DNA from: Eledone cirrhosa
Taxonomy: Eukaryota
Direction: 5' to 3'
Length of the DNA stretch: 64,000 bases
Assembly (NCBI GenBank): GCA_964016885.1
Contig: OZ024740.1
Span: 223,386,001-223,450,000 of the forward strand
The stretch's first letter is position 1. Each line of letters opens with the position of its first letter. A program made the translations under genes and the position numbers. This document shows positions 28,899-42,612 of the stretch, one piece after another. Below the pieces are notes generated by a model. It saw nothing but the letters and a program-made list of their open reading frames with translations, had not been told where the DNA came from and did no database searches.

Positions 28899-31511
28899 AG
28901 CCACAATGACAGAGGACAGAGACATTGTTATGTTAGCAGGGGACTTCAATGGTCATGTTGGACAGCTCTAGGATGGATACACTGAGGTACATGGTGGGCA
29001 TGGTTATGGCTCAAGAAATGAAGAAGGAGTGAGGCTTCTTGAATTTTGTGATGCAAGTGCACTAGCCATTTGCAACACTAACTTCAAGAAACCTACCAAC
29101 CACCTAATAACCGACAAATCAGGTTAGCACATAAGCCAGAATGACTTCTTTCTAGCTAGGCAGCGAGACAGACAGATGGTGTCAAATACTAAGGCATACT
29201 CCAGGGAAGCATGTACCCCACAGCATAGCTAAGTCGTTAGTGACATCTCAGTTAACAAGAGACAAAATGAGATATACAGGAAGGTGTGGAAAAGAAAGGT
29301 CTGGAAGCTAAAAGACCTTTCACTGAAATATAAATTTAGGAAAGCCCTTCAAGATGTGTATGATGAAAAAGAAGACGATTTAGAATCGTATGACATAGAT
29401 GATAACTGGAATTTCTTATGTGACAACTTACTGCAGGCTACTGAAGAAACTTGTGGCTGAAACAGAGCTCCGACCAGACAGAGAGTGACCTGGTGGTTGA
29501 ACAGCACGGAAAAATGGTCAGAGTAGAGACGGATACAGAGCCACTAAGAGAGAAGCTAGACGTCAGGTGTACTTAGCACGCATGGAGGCTGAGAGTAGGA
29601 GGTTTGTCAATGTTCTGTGATGGGATGATAAGAGATGTGCGGTGTTCCGCATTGCAAGGCAGTGTGTCAGTGTAAATCAGGATGTTGTTGGAGATAAGTG
29701 TGTCCGGAATGATGCCAGTATACTTAGTGTCATGAAGGATCAGAAAAAGGAGGCCTGGAAATGTCATTCTGAGAGACTGATAAATGCAGAGAACGAATGG
29801 GAGAGAGAGAAATTACCCCCAATAGACCCAACAAAGGGACCAGGTATTGAGATTGACGAATATAGGGTCCAAGAGGCGATTAAGGAAATGAAAAACGGTA
29901 AGGCTGCTGGATCATTGGGGATAGTTGTTGAGATACTGAAGGCATCAGGGGACGTAGGCACTAAACTGGTTACACACATCAATCAAGCTATATATGGTGG
30001 TGTCAGACCCAAAGACTGGTGCAGCAGTATTCTCATAAATTGCTACAAAGATAAAAGAGATGCTCTGGAGAGGAGCAATTATAGGGCATAAAGCTGATGG
30101 ATCAGGTTATGAAAGTGGCAGAAAGGATATTAGTGCAACTAATTAGAGAAAGGGTCAAATTAGATGATATGCAGTTTGGTTTTGTGTCTGGAAAAAGTAC
30201 AACAGATGCCCTCTTCTTAGTGTGACAACTACAAGAGGTTCTTAGAGAAGAATAAGCCACTATACTTAGCCTTTGTTGACCTAGAGAAGGCCTTTGATAG
30301 GGTATTCTGATCTGTCATCTGGTGGTCCCTAAGGAAACTAGGTGTAGAGGAATGGTTTTTGAGGACAGTGCAAGCTATATACAGAGGTGCTGTCAGTAAA
30401 GTGAGAGTAGGAATGGAGTTTAAGTGAGGAATTCCAGATTCAAGTAGGAGTACATCAGGGTTCGGTCCTCAGCCCACACTTGTTCATTATAGTCCTCCAA
30501 GCCATAACAGAGGAGTTTAAGACTGGCTGCCCATAGGAACTTCTCTATGTTGATGATCTGGCTCTTATAGCAGAATCAGTAGAGGAGCTAGAGAAGAAAT
30601 TCCAGCTATGGAAACAAGAGACCTGAGAGTGAAGATAGCTAAAACAAAAGTGTTGATAAGTAGAAAAGAGGACAAAACTCTGATTCCATCAGGGCCATGT
30701 TCGATATGTAGAAAAGGAACTTCCATAAATTTTATAAAATGTACACAATGCAGATCTTGGGTACACGAGATGTAGTGGGATAGCAGATAAACTAACAGGT
30801 AGGGAAAACTATGTATGCAGTAGATGTACAGGGATATTTGGCAGTAGAAATCCCAGTGATAGACACAGTTTTCAAATACAGGTGGGTCTATAGAAGTGGT
30901 TGAGAGCTTCCGGTACTTAGGTGATCAGATTAGCATGGGAGGGGGTGTTCCAAGGCCATAGTATCTAGAATAAGGACAGGTTGGAAGAAGTTTAGGGAGC
31001 TGCTTCCTCTGTTGACAAAGAAGGGTTTCTTCCTGCATATGAAAGGATGGTTATATGATGACTGTGTGAGATGCGCGATGCTGCATGGTAGTGAGACATG
31101 GGCAGCAACTGCAGAGGATATGCGACGGCTGGAGAGAAATGAAGCAAGCATGCTCCGTTGGATGTGCAATGTCAATGTGCATGAACAACCAAAAATAGAT
31201 GAGTTGAAAAAGTAACTGGGTATAAGAGGGATAAGTTGTGCTGTGCAGGAGAGAAGACTGAGATGGTATGGACATGTGATGTGCATGGAGGATGACCGCT
31301 GGGTAAAGAAGTGCCAAGATATCCCAGTTGAAGGAAGATGCAGTAGTGGAAGACCACGAAAAACATGGGCGGAGGTGGTGAGAGCAGACCTCAGATTGCT
31401 GAAACTCACGGAGGAGATGATGAAGGACGGTGACAAGTGGAGAGATGCTGTGCTGAATAGGACCTGTCCCACAGTTGCAAGCAGGGAAAAACGGACGTAA
31501 AATGATGATGA
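28897..31511 (+). mobile_element. 5'-truncated, decayed RTE-clade LINE (APE endonuclease C-terminus, RT, PHD-like finger, (ATG)n tail)
   Basis: Motifs MLAGDFNGHVG, RLLEFCD...ICNTNFKK, MKNGKAAG, NYRA, QFGF, AFVDLEKAFDR, GVHQGSVLSP, LYVDDLAL, MLHGSETWA, RRLRWYGHV, GRPRKTW. Ends GCAAGCAGGGAAAAACGGACGTAAAATGATGATGAT. Multiple stops and frameshifts; flanked by (TA)n. Confidence 0.95.
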
Positions 31512-31524
31512 TATATATATATAT

Positions 31525-31940
31525 ATCATCATTTTACATCCACTTCTCCCTGCTTAGACTTTTGTCCTGTTGTGGGCAGTGTCCTGTCGGCTGACCTTGT
31601 CTTGCTCATACAGGAACTGATTCTGGCTTGATTTCTACAGCTGGATGCCCTTCCTAACACCAATCACATTTACAGTGAGTGCTGGGTGCTTTTTTTTCGT
31701 GGCACCTACATGTCCACTTTACAGTGTGGGCTGGGTGCTTTTTTGCCATGGCACCTCCATGACCACTTTGCAGTGGGATGATAGGGACTGCAGTCCCTAT
31801 CATCTCATTTCTACAGCTGAGTAAACTGGAGCAATGTGAAATAAAGTGTCTTGCTCAAGGAAACAACACATCACACGGTCTGAGAATTGAACTCACAACA
31901 TTTCGATTGCAAGGCCAATGCTCTAACTACAAAGCCATGA
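31525..31940 (-). mobile_element. tRNA-derived SINE, family B
   Basis: Near-identical to 26643-26979 over most of its length; sits tail-to-tail with the RTE LINE. Confidence 0.85.
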
Positions 31941-33940
31941 GGTTGCTCTTCAGCACTACTTGTACCATGTAACCCAGTACTACCTGTGCATGGTTGAGTC
32001 ATCAGCGACTAAACCAGCAACCCCACCAAGCTTGCTTGTTGAGGAGGGTGAAGTTGGACCCCTTACGGAATGTAAAACAAAACCCGTCAAAAGGTGGAGG
32101 AACTCAGGAGAGTCAACGGTCATCCAATAAACGTTTTCTAGTTTGTTTTTTCATTAAGACATCTCTCCAGGAGAAGGTCACTCTGATATAAAACCTGCAA
32201 TTTCATTTGCATCCAATGATGTAGACCAGTTCTTCCTTTGGGGCAAATGCATTCAATGTTCAGAGAGTGAGATTGGTCTTGTAGCTTTTATAAGTGAGGA
32301 AAGGTTTTATACAAGCACAGGTATAGCTTGATATGTGACATTATTCGCAATGCATTGTATTGCTGGCCATAGGCAAGTCCCTAGCAGGACTAAAAAGCCA
32401 CATTTGTGATGCTCATGCTTAAGTATCGAGCGATGGCATTACTCGAAATTGAGTTACAGCCATCATATATATATATATATATAATTTGTAACCTAATAAG
32501 CAATGATAATCCTTCATATGTGAACCGTAGTTGCATTACTTTGAGTAAGTTATAATTTCCAGATGTTCAAAGTAAATGCAACATAATTTCTTTTAATATT
32601 ATGAATACAGAAGTATAGATTTTAAATATGAATATGCGCACGCATGTGTATCTTCCTGTTTGGAATATGTAGACTGTATATTTGTGTCTTGAGACACGAT
32701 TTGGTGCCAGGAAGGGCAGGTGGCCATGAAAAACTGTCATAAAACGTTCCATCTAACCCATGCTAACTTGGAAGGTGAATGTAAAAACGATGATTAAATA
32801 TTCATTACAAAATATTAAAATATTTTATTATAAGTAAAATTGTTATTTATTTAGTTTACATTAACTAAAAGTCAACAACACTCATCCCTCATAGCTTTCA
32901 GCTTATTGACTGAACTGGAATTGTAAACATTAAGTGTAAAGAATTGATTCTAAATAATTTTAAATTTTGAATTATCATTTATAAAAAAAAAATTCAGTTG
33001 GTTAACAGTTCCACTAACAACATTTATATCTTAAAATTGTAAAATGTATATTTTCATTCTTTACATTAAACATTTACTCAAAATATTTCTTGAAATTTGA
33101 ATTTAATTTCAAATACAACTCAACCTCTGCAGTTCAAACGTTTATTTATGAGGGACTTTCATGTGTTTTGATATATGCTAATGTTGTTAAATGAAAGAAA
33201 TTGACAAACTGTTAACTTAAAGTGCAAATAGTTCACTTTTCTACAGCTACGTACATCCATAACATGATTCTCATGGGGATTCAGTGTGTCGTGTGTGATA
33301 AATCTAGCCCTTTGCATTAGAGGTTCACTTTCCATCTCCTCAATTTTACACATATGGCTTGTCTCAATCCAAGACACGTATCTAAAATGCCATGCAGTGG
33401 ACTTCTGATTATCATTGAAAATATTTCATATTGTTTAATTTTGATTTAATATATTAGTATAATTTCGCTCAAACATAACTAAATACAATAGATAGTAATA
33501 ATTTTAACGGTATTTAATTGGTCGCTTCTACCTGACTTAATATTTAAAAACAACTGTCACACATCATGTCCCTTCTTTCTTTCTTTCTTTCTTTCTTTCC
33601 TGTTGCAGTTATGTATTCCATCCTCTCTTTTATCTCCCTCCTTTTTATCTTCATCTTTTTTTTCTTTCCCTCCTCTCGTCTATTTAGCACACTCTCTCTT
33701 CTGTTTCTTCTCTAGCATGAATATTTAAATATTTTAACATTTATGTACTTATGTGTTTATTTATTTATTCTATATTTTCTTATACTCACCTCCTATTGAT
33801 ACTTATATCTCCCTCCACATCCCTCTCTTCATCATATTTAGTTTGTCATGTTATTCCTTCTTGTGGTATATAAACATAGTTTTGTTGTAATAAATCACTG
33901 TCAAGAAATTCAACCATCAAGACAGTTGAGCTATGTCGTA

Positions 33941-34002
33941 TTTTATCTGATGAGGACGTACTTAAAAAACAGCAAAGTACCTCCAAAATATATATAATAA
34001 AA
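33941..34002 (+). ncRNA. Degenerate minimal type I hammerhead motif (core GAAA mutated to AAAA)
   Basis: TTTTAT-CTGATGA-GGACGTACTT...AAGTACCTCC-[A]AAA-TATATA-TA-ATAAAA: stem I, stem II and a palindromic stem III are present; the core change fits CpG decay. Confidence 0.5.
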
Positions 34003-36547
34003 CATTATGTGAACATCGTCATTTATTAATATTTTGAATAATATTAATAATTCCAGAAAACCTCTTTGTTGAGTGCTTTGAATCTATTGTAAAACTATAT
34101 TCATTGAGTAATCAATGAACCTTATTAACATTTGATCATTATATATATATATATATATATATATAGGCACATATTCTAAAACATTTTGCGATTTCATGAT
34201 CATTATATATATTGGCACATATTTTAAAACATTTCGCGATTTCATGATCATTATACAAAAGACCAAGTAAAAATTTACACCAGACTTAAGAGAAAGTATA
34301 AAGATATCTACCATAAAATAAAAGCCAAACCTTCCAATGTAATTTAACCACCAAATAGAATTATAATTGAATGAACTTTGAAACTACACCAGGATAATAA
34401 TTTATCGTTACACTTCTTGTAAAAAAGAAAAACTGCTTTTCACACAATTCAATAAACAAAAGATTTTGTATAGGTCAACAGATATATTCTCTTTTTGTTA
34501 GAGACTAAATTGCTTTCAGCATTTTCATAAGATTTAATATATAAGGATATATATCAATTTGTAAGCATTTTTTTTTCTTGCTAACTATTAGCCAAATAAA
34601 CAATATTATTGATATAATTTGAAGCTTGGCACATGTATTTTAACTGAAAAGTTTTGTTTATGATAATGATGTTGTAAGAGCATCATCTATATTTAGAATT
34701 ATTTGGTACATTATATTTGAAAATCTTTTTAATATTATACATTATGTATTGTCTTTTTCATCTGTTTGAAGACCAATTTATCAACTATCTACATTTGTCA
34801 ACACAGTATATTTAATTGCTATGCTTGGAGAAGAGATTTGTTGTACATGATTTTACACTGACAGAACTAACAAGAGAGTAATATTTTACAATAGTACGCA
34901 AACATTTACTCACCATTTTCTCTGTAATATTATGAAAACATAGTTGTTGGCAGAAACTTAGGATTTAAACAATACGTTAGGCTTTCTTGCGAGCTAATAG
35001 ATTATTCAGTTTTCCAGAACATTACTTTTATATAGATTTTTAGTGCAAATACTTTCATTGAAAGTAAAAACTTATGTGCTTGTTGTTGTTTAACACCAGA
35101 TAATCCCTAATTAAACAAACCTAAGATCAAGGGCATGGATATGATTATCCTCTTTTTTTTATGAGTCTCGATAGAAGAGTGGCTACATTTTATACACGAT
35201 TGATTTACAATATACTCAAATATTACTGTTGACTCATTTTATTGTAGATGGTACTAGAGAGTAGTCAGCCCTCGGTGGTTCCTTGATGCTGTAGGAGCTT
35301 CAAACAGTAGAATCTGGGTCAAAATGGATTGAAAGAAGCCTCCAGTCATGCCAAATTCTCTGATACTGGTGTAAAAATGCAGCCTGTAAAACTTATATGC
35401 TGATTGCTGGTTGAAAGGACATCCAGCTATAGAAATCGTGCCAAAAAGGGATGAGAGGACCCTTCCTTTGTGTCAAGTGCATGACAATCTCTCTCTTGGG
35501 TATAAATGCACCCAGACCATTCTGTAAAGGGGCTGGTGACAGGAAGTGCATGCAGCCATAGAAACCAGGCCAAAGAATGGAGCAGAAGCACTTTTCAGGT
35601 GTGTCAAAGGCATAATAAACTCCTTTGGGCTAGTGCCATAAATGGCATTTAATGCACTCTCAAGAATATGGGAAAGTAAATAAGAATTGGGTCACTATCG
35701 CTTGTGAGAGGGCAGTAACTCCGAATAATAACTGACTTCCTCTGTAGATGACTCATTCTAACTTTGCTAGCAGGGAGAATGTAAAATAATGATGTAACAT
35801 TGTGAAATTTTATATATATATATATATAAAATTTCACAATGTTATATATATATATATATATATAAATTTTATTACAGCATTAATGAAGCTTTAGAACATG
35901 GCCAAGCTAACAAATGCAGAATCGGTCTGTAGCTTTAGCACTCAGATGGGGAAAAGAACCCCAGAGTAATAACAGTACGTTCAGACAGCTTAGAAAATCA
36001 GATATAGCGGTCGGCAGTCCAGCCGCATCACTAGAGCAACAAAAATACAGGACCCAGGAAAAGATTTTATACTGACCCGGACAGATATATATATATATTA
36101 TAGAATTTTTTTTATCAATGATGTCAGAACAACTCCATTCCAAAAACGTCAGAATGGAGATGTTCGGACACTGTTATATTGTTTAATAGATTCCAAGGTA
36201 ATCAGTACAGAGGGAAAAATGAAATTGCTTACTGCATTGAAAGAAACCTTTGTAAATCAATTAAATAATTTAATGTCATTTAATCTTCTTTATTTCTATT
36301 CAATATATATATACATACATACATACATACATACATGGATTGTGTATCAGGAGTAAAGAAGGTAAAGGTGAATATATGTCTTATATATCATCATCATTTT
36401 TAAACATTTAATTAATTATGTATGCTTGGACCAGTTGGTCTGTGAGACTTGGCTGGATAAGTGACCTCACGTAGTTCATACATTCAGTTTTTGTTTTTGC
36501 ATAACCTTCTTGGCCAAATGCCCTTTCAAACACTAAACATGGATTAT

Positions 36548-36705
36548 AGGTGGTGAATTGGCAGAGTCGATAGAATGTCAAGTTGAATGTTTTATGTTAT
36601 TCGTTCTGGCTCTCTGCTCTCTGAATTCAAATCCCACTAGGGTCAACTTTGCCTTTTATCCTTTCGAGGTCGATAAAAAAATGTCCAATCCATTACTGGG
36701 GTCGA
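36548..36705 (+). mobile_element. SINE family A (diverged)
   Basis: GGTGAATTGGCAGAGTCGATAG...GAATTCAAATCCC...ACTTTGCCTTTTATCCTTTCGAGGTCGATAAA. Confidence 0.75.
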
Positions 36706-38609
36706 TTCTTCCTTCATTTGTACGAAATCTGCTCTACTCAGGCTTGGAGACGGATGGGCTCCTCCAGGCTTAAAATGTCCAAGAAATTCTGTATATCAGT
36801 ACAGCACCTCTACGACTATCAAGAGTTACAGGACCATACATACATATGCATATTGGTTTTTACATGGTTTCTCTCTACTAAATTTCACTCACATGACATT
36901 TAACAGGCCTAAACTATAGTAGAAAACACTTGCCCAAAATGACATATTGTGGTACAGAACCCAGCCATGTCTGCATCTAAGTATAGAAAGACATTTTTAT
37001 GAGAACCACACTTTTATCACTTAAAAACTAATTAATTATAAATACATGTCAAAACATTTAATGCATTATCTTAAAAAGTCTATTTTCAATTATTAGAGAA
37101 AAGAAATGACAAATACTAATATGTGTCATAAATTTTATCAAATATTGTAAACAGATTTAATGTACAATTCATATTCCTTTTAATGCATTCAATTTAAAAA
37201 AATCTGCTTTCTGTGTATGTGCTAATTAATATAGTTATTTATTTAACCAATGGATGTTAGTTATTCCATTTTGTTTGTCTCTAACTTTTTCATCTTCATC
37301 AATGTTGATATGAGGAAAACAAAGCACAAAAAATATTGCAAAAAATAGATCACAGCAGTAGTTTATAGCATACAGCGTTTGAGAAAGTAGATAAGTTAAA
37401 ATGTTCCGATGTTTCTTTTGTTTATAATTTGTAAAGAAACACATTACTCAGTTTTAGAAATTCATCTGTGAAGAATAATACAAACAAATCTCATTTTCTT
37501 TACAAAAACTATTTTGTCACTTAATAAAAAACAAAATCAGATATTAAAAAGGTATTGAAAACACCACTTTGATTCTACACATACAAATGTGAAAAAAGCT
37601 TATCAACAACTAAACCTTATGGCATCTGATATGAACACAAATACTTCAGAGCAACTCTTAAAGCAAACAACGTTTTAAAATTTTGTTGAATCTTTTATAT
37701 TTTCAAATTTTCAACAATGTTATTTTGCAATCTATATCTTTGAAGCCAGGGATATCTAACAAAAGGGTGTTTTTTAATGACTATGATAAAATGAGATAGC
37801 AAATGTAGAAAATAAACGAAAGAAAAAAAAATGAATAGACTAGAAATTTCAAAAGATAATGATTATTGGTAAAAACTATTATGAATCTATCTTATGGGCA
37901 TGTTATCAGTAACTTACCCCCTGTTGAAAAGCTAACAAATAATCAACAGCTTGAGAAGTTAATTATCAAGAGAACACAATTACTTATAGTATGAATTTGT
38001 ATCAGAACAACAATCACCTTAACGTTTTGTATATTTCAATTGAGTTTTTCTTCTTTCATCTTAAAAAAAAAAAATCTTCAAATTTTGCTTTTTACAATCC
38101 AATGAAATACTATTTATGAAACAAAATTTTCATTTCATTTTGAGAGGATCATTCAACGAATCACAACATACACAACAGCTGTTTTTCATATGATTAAACA
38201 ACTAAATAACTGCTCTGTCAAAGTTCTTTTGTCAAAATTTGTGACCTTACCAATGACTGTGTTCCCTCTGCACCTTTTTTTTAAAACTTACTTCATGTTA
38301 TTTATTAATTGGTAGAGTATGGGACTTACACTCATAAAATCCTGAGTCCAATTCCCAAACTAAGTGGTGTGTTTGGGCAAGACTCTTTATTTTATGTTGC
38401 TCCAATCAACCCAGCTGCAAAAAATGAGCTGTGACATCACTGGAACCTACCTGTATTGGCCTTTGCATTCTTTTAACTATTCCCTGGCCTTGAGAGGGTG
38501 GGGAAGGGCATGCATGGGGTCACTACAGTTCTTCCTGGCCTCCAATTTGGAAGGAATTTATCCAGTTGCAAACCCATGATCAATCATAACTGTGGTTGGG
38601 CCTCATTAG

Positions 38610-38800
38610 GGCTGGTGATTGGCAGAACCAGTAGAGAGTCAGACACCATGCTTTGAAGCATAGAGTTACTGCCCTTTATGATCTGAGTTCAAATCCCACC
38701 GAGGTTAACTTTTCCTTTCATCCTTATGGATAAAGTCCCAGTCACGCACTGGGGTTGATTTAATTGACTTTCCCATCCCCCAAAATTGCTGGCCTTGTGC
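38610..38800 (+). mobile_element. SINE family A at an inversion breakpoint
   Basis: Consensus match; immediately followed by the 16-bp CATTATTTTAATGAAT. Confidence 0.85.
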
Positions 38801-39300
38801 CATTATTTTAATGAATAGGATAAACAAGCACGGCTGGGTTGGAAGTGATATCATGACTGGTGGGTGTAAAATCAGTGGGCTGAAATTTGCAGATGACAGG
38901 GTGTTACTTAACTTGACAGAAGTTGATCTCAAACTTGTACTCGATAGGTTTGATACCAAGTGCTGCATGGCTGGAATGAAAATCAGTGCTGCAAAAACTG
39001 AAACATTTGTCCTCTCAAGAAAACCTGCACAGTGCACCCTACATGTAAATGGGGTTCCTCTGAAGCAGGTAGAGAAGTTCAAGTATATCAGGTGATGGAA
39101 GGCAGGAGGCTGAATTAAGAGCAAAAATTGGAGGAGCTGACTAAGTAATGTACAAGCTTCAGCATTCACAATCAGAAGGGAGATAGGCATAAAAGCCGAA
39201 CTCACTATCTTCAATTTGGAATTTGTGCTAAACCTTAACTACGGTCATGAATTTTGGGTAATGACTGAAAGACTACGACCACGAATATGAGCAGTCAAAA
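38801..39300 (+). mobile_element. RTE-type LINE, RT C-terminal fragment
   Basis: IILMNRINKH...LKFADDRVL...GMKISAAKTE...LKQVEKFKY...LxYGHEFWVMTERLR. Confidence 0.85.
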
Positions 39301-39505
39301 TTGCAAGACATGCATGCAGCCTCCTTATCAACAAGCTTGGGATTTAAGATTTGCCACTCTCAATGGCAGAACAATGAAAAGTAAATGTGATGAGATTGTG
39401 CAGATGCTTGAGAGGAGACAATTAGAAATGTGCTGTGGGCAAGAAGATGGAGAGATGCTTCAGCCATCACAGATACTCTACCGATAATGCCAATCCACCA
39501 CTGTC

Positions 39506-40385
39506 ATTCATTAAAATAATGAACAGAAGAAGTGGCAGTATGCACGCATGGCAGAGTCTAACTCCCACATTGAATGGTTTTGATTTAGCACCATTTCTCC
39601 AAACACAAATACTCAAACATTTGTATAGAGACATCAGGGAAGCAAGGAGCTGACCATTGATCCCATACTCCTGCAAAACTTTCCACAGCAGTTCCCGAGG
39701 AACATGATTATATGCCTTTTCAAGGTCAATAAACCAGGAATATACCTATTCCCAATACTCCCATGATTTCTCAAAGACCTGCCACAGTATAAATATTTGG
39801 TTGGCTTTGCTGTGTCTGGTGCAAGAATCAGTGTTCATCAGCTAGCTTGGACTTGACAATCTCCCTGCATCTCTTTGCCAGACATTTAGCATAAAATTTA
39901 CCAGGAAGGCTTAATAAGAAGATCCCTCTGTAATTGAAACAATCTCTCTTGTCACCCTTTTAGATAAATGGGATCATCATTCTCAATTGCCATTGTTTAA
40001 GTGCCTTTCCAGAGATCCAAGCCACTCAGTTCACATGAGTCAACCAGAGAATACCTTCTCTATTTAATGCATTTAACATCTCATGTCAGATTTTATCTTC
40101 CCCAGCAGCCTTGTCACATTTGTGCTCTTTAACTGCTCTTGTGACCTCAGCCTCAGAAAGATTAGTCACTACTCCCAGATGCACCTCGTTTACATCAGTA
40201 GATGCTGTTGTGATCGTTTTTAAGAGATCAGCAAAGTATTCTCTACCTCAAAAGGATACACCTTTCTGAAGAGAGAACCCCAAACACGTTCTTGATAGAA
40301 GATGTGGAGGATTGCTTCTTATTATGAAGTCGGTGGATGGTCTTCCAGAACACTTTATTTGGTTATCTGAAGTCAGATTCCAGCT
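39506..40385 (-). mobile_element. RTE-type LINE, RT N-terminal fragment (inverted relative to its own C-terminal part)
   Basis: KAAGEDKI, NYRGI, FIDLEKAYNHVPRELLWKVLQEYGI, SKPFNVGVRL...ILPLLLFIILMN, ending exactly where the plus-strand fragment begins. Confidence 0.85.
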
Positions 40386-42612
40386 AAAGTTCTGCTCCTT
40401 TAAAAGGTGAATAACTTATTCCAAGAAATGAAACGAAGTAAATTTATTTATTGCAGATAAGTTGTAAATGTAAGTAACAGTTTTTTTGTACTATATGAGA
40501 GTGGCTAACCTACTAGATAATATGACAATCACTGTCAATGAGGTATTGACTAACAAGCTGTAAACAGTAATCCACAAGTACACTGTTCCCTCTCTTTCAT
40601 CACCACTATAATCACCTCATTTGAATTAACTAGTTACACTCTCCATTCAAGCCAAAATGGTTGTCTTTCCCCTCAGTATCACCATTATTGTGTCTTACCT
40701 CCGAGACACACAGTAACTGTTTTGTTAAATCTCTGAAAATCTCCCCGCTCCCCATATGCTTTTCCTACAAACGTTGCCCTATAGATATTCATACTAAATA
40801 TCTATTGCCATCATTATTTTCACCTGTTCAGGAGAGCAATTGGGAGGTAACAGAGTTTGACCACTCTTTGTCAACTGACTAACTTGTACAAAAACAAAGG
40901 TAAACACTTTTTTCTTTGGGGCATGCATATTTGTGTGGTTAAGGAGTTCACTTTGCAACCACATGCCATCAGGTTTAACCCTGCTGCATAGCATCTTTTG
41001 CATCTGCCTTCTGCCATATTAATTTCTGGTTTTAACATTGTTGAACAACATCTTTCATAGGAATTTGCAACAATGTAATGAAAAAATTAATAGTTGTGAT
41101 TTGTAACTTAATTTTATACTTTTAGATAATGGATTTATTTTGTTTTCTTAATCAGAGAAAACTGTTTGTTTTTTCGCAGACATGCTCGTTTTTCTAACAA
41201 ATTAATTAACACGAAAATGAAGACAAAAATGTTTAAACATCACTACAAACTATTTAAGATGAGATCACAAAATATTGGATGAAATATTAAATTTCAGAAC
41301 AGAGTATTTATTTACATCAAAATTGAGATCAATAAACAGAAAAATTAAAATAAATTATAATAAACAAGGAAAATGTAAATAAAAAATAAAAAATTGAGAC
41401 AAGCAACAATATTGGATATGGGAAAGGAAAAAAGAAATCGTATTTTAAAAATTGTATTCAAGCTGTCCTTTTTATTTTTTCCACTCAGGAGTTTTATGGC
41501 ACTTTTAAAACGAATTCTAATATCATTCTATAATCATGAATATCATCATATTCATATAATCATAATACAATCAGGAATGGCAAATGTATAAGCCCTTCAG
41601 GTTAACACATTCACCATTCTGTCCATAGGGACCATGAAGCAACATCTGTCTGATGTATGAACATATTGTGACATCATTTATTACGTTGACTGTATTAAGA
41701 ATACAAATATTACTAAAGTCTGAATTATATATTTTAATATTTCAATTCTCCTTAGTGGGTTTTTTTTTTCGTTTTTATTTATTTAAGTAAAGCTTTATCT
41801 CAGCACCTCTGTCAATACAGAGATTGTTGCGTTTCATGTGTTGTCATTTCTTATTTTATGTCTCCTACAATCCAACCATCATCATCATCGTTTTACGTCC
41901 ATTTTTTCACGATAGCATAATCTCTGTATTGACAGAGGTGTTGAGATAAAGCTTTATACCACACAGCATTGCCAGCCCAATATTTCAGCCAAATTACCAC
42001 ATGAACCTAAATACGTAATGACTTGCTTTTGATAAATAACAGCCCATAATAAATAACAGGTTAAGCCAAAAAAATTACGAAGCATAATATTTTCTCCTTT
42101 TTATTACATTGCTCCCACACATTATAATTCTGTATGAGTTCATATCCTTGCCACATTTCTCAATCACTCTCAACAAGGATTTATGCAAGTAATTTTTAAA
42201 GTCTTAAAATATATCTGATTAATATTCCATTCATTATATTTTATAGTAATTTGTGAATTCGATTATTTCTTTTTTAAAAATAGAGCGTGGTAGATTTAAT
42301 ATGTATATTATTATATATATTAAGTGAAGGCGTGTGGCTGATTGGTTACAGAACTGGATTCGCGATCGTGAGATTGTCAGTTCGATTCCTGATGCGTTGT
42401 CCTTAAGACTTTATTTTACGTTGCTCCTTCTACCTGGAGTTGCGATACTATCTATATCAGTCGCAACGAAAGTCGATCGACAAATATATATTATTATAGA
42501 AAATTAGAAACGTTCCTTCATAAAATTGTTTCCAGTTGTATATTATAAATGTGCTTGTTTGCATGTTCATAGATTTCCATATGTTACCAACTCCCAGCAT
42601 TATTAAAAACAA

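Noticed and set aside
37235-37444. LFFAIF...DEKVR resembling the TM7/helix 8 of adhesion GPCRs
   Set aside because: The NSLQG motif is absent, and there is no room or evidence for GAIN/TM1-6 exons.
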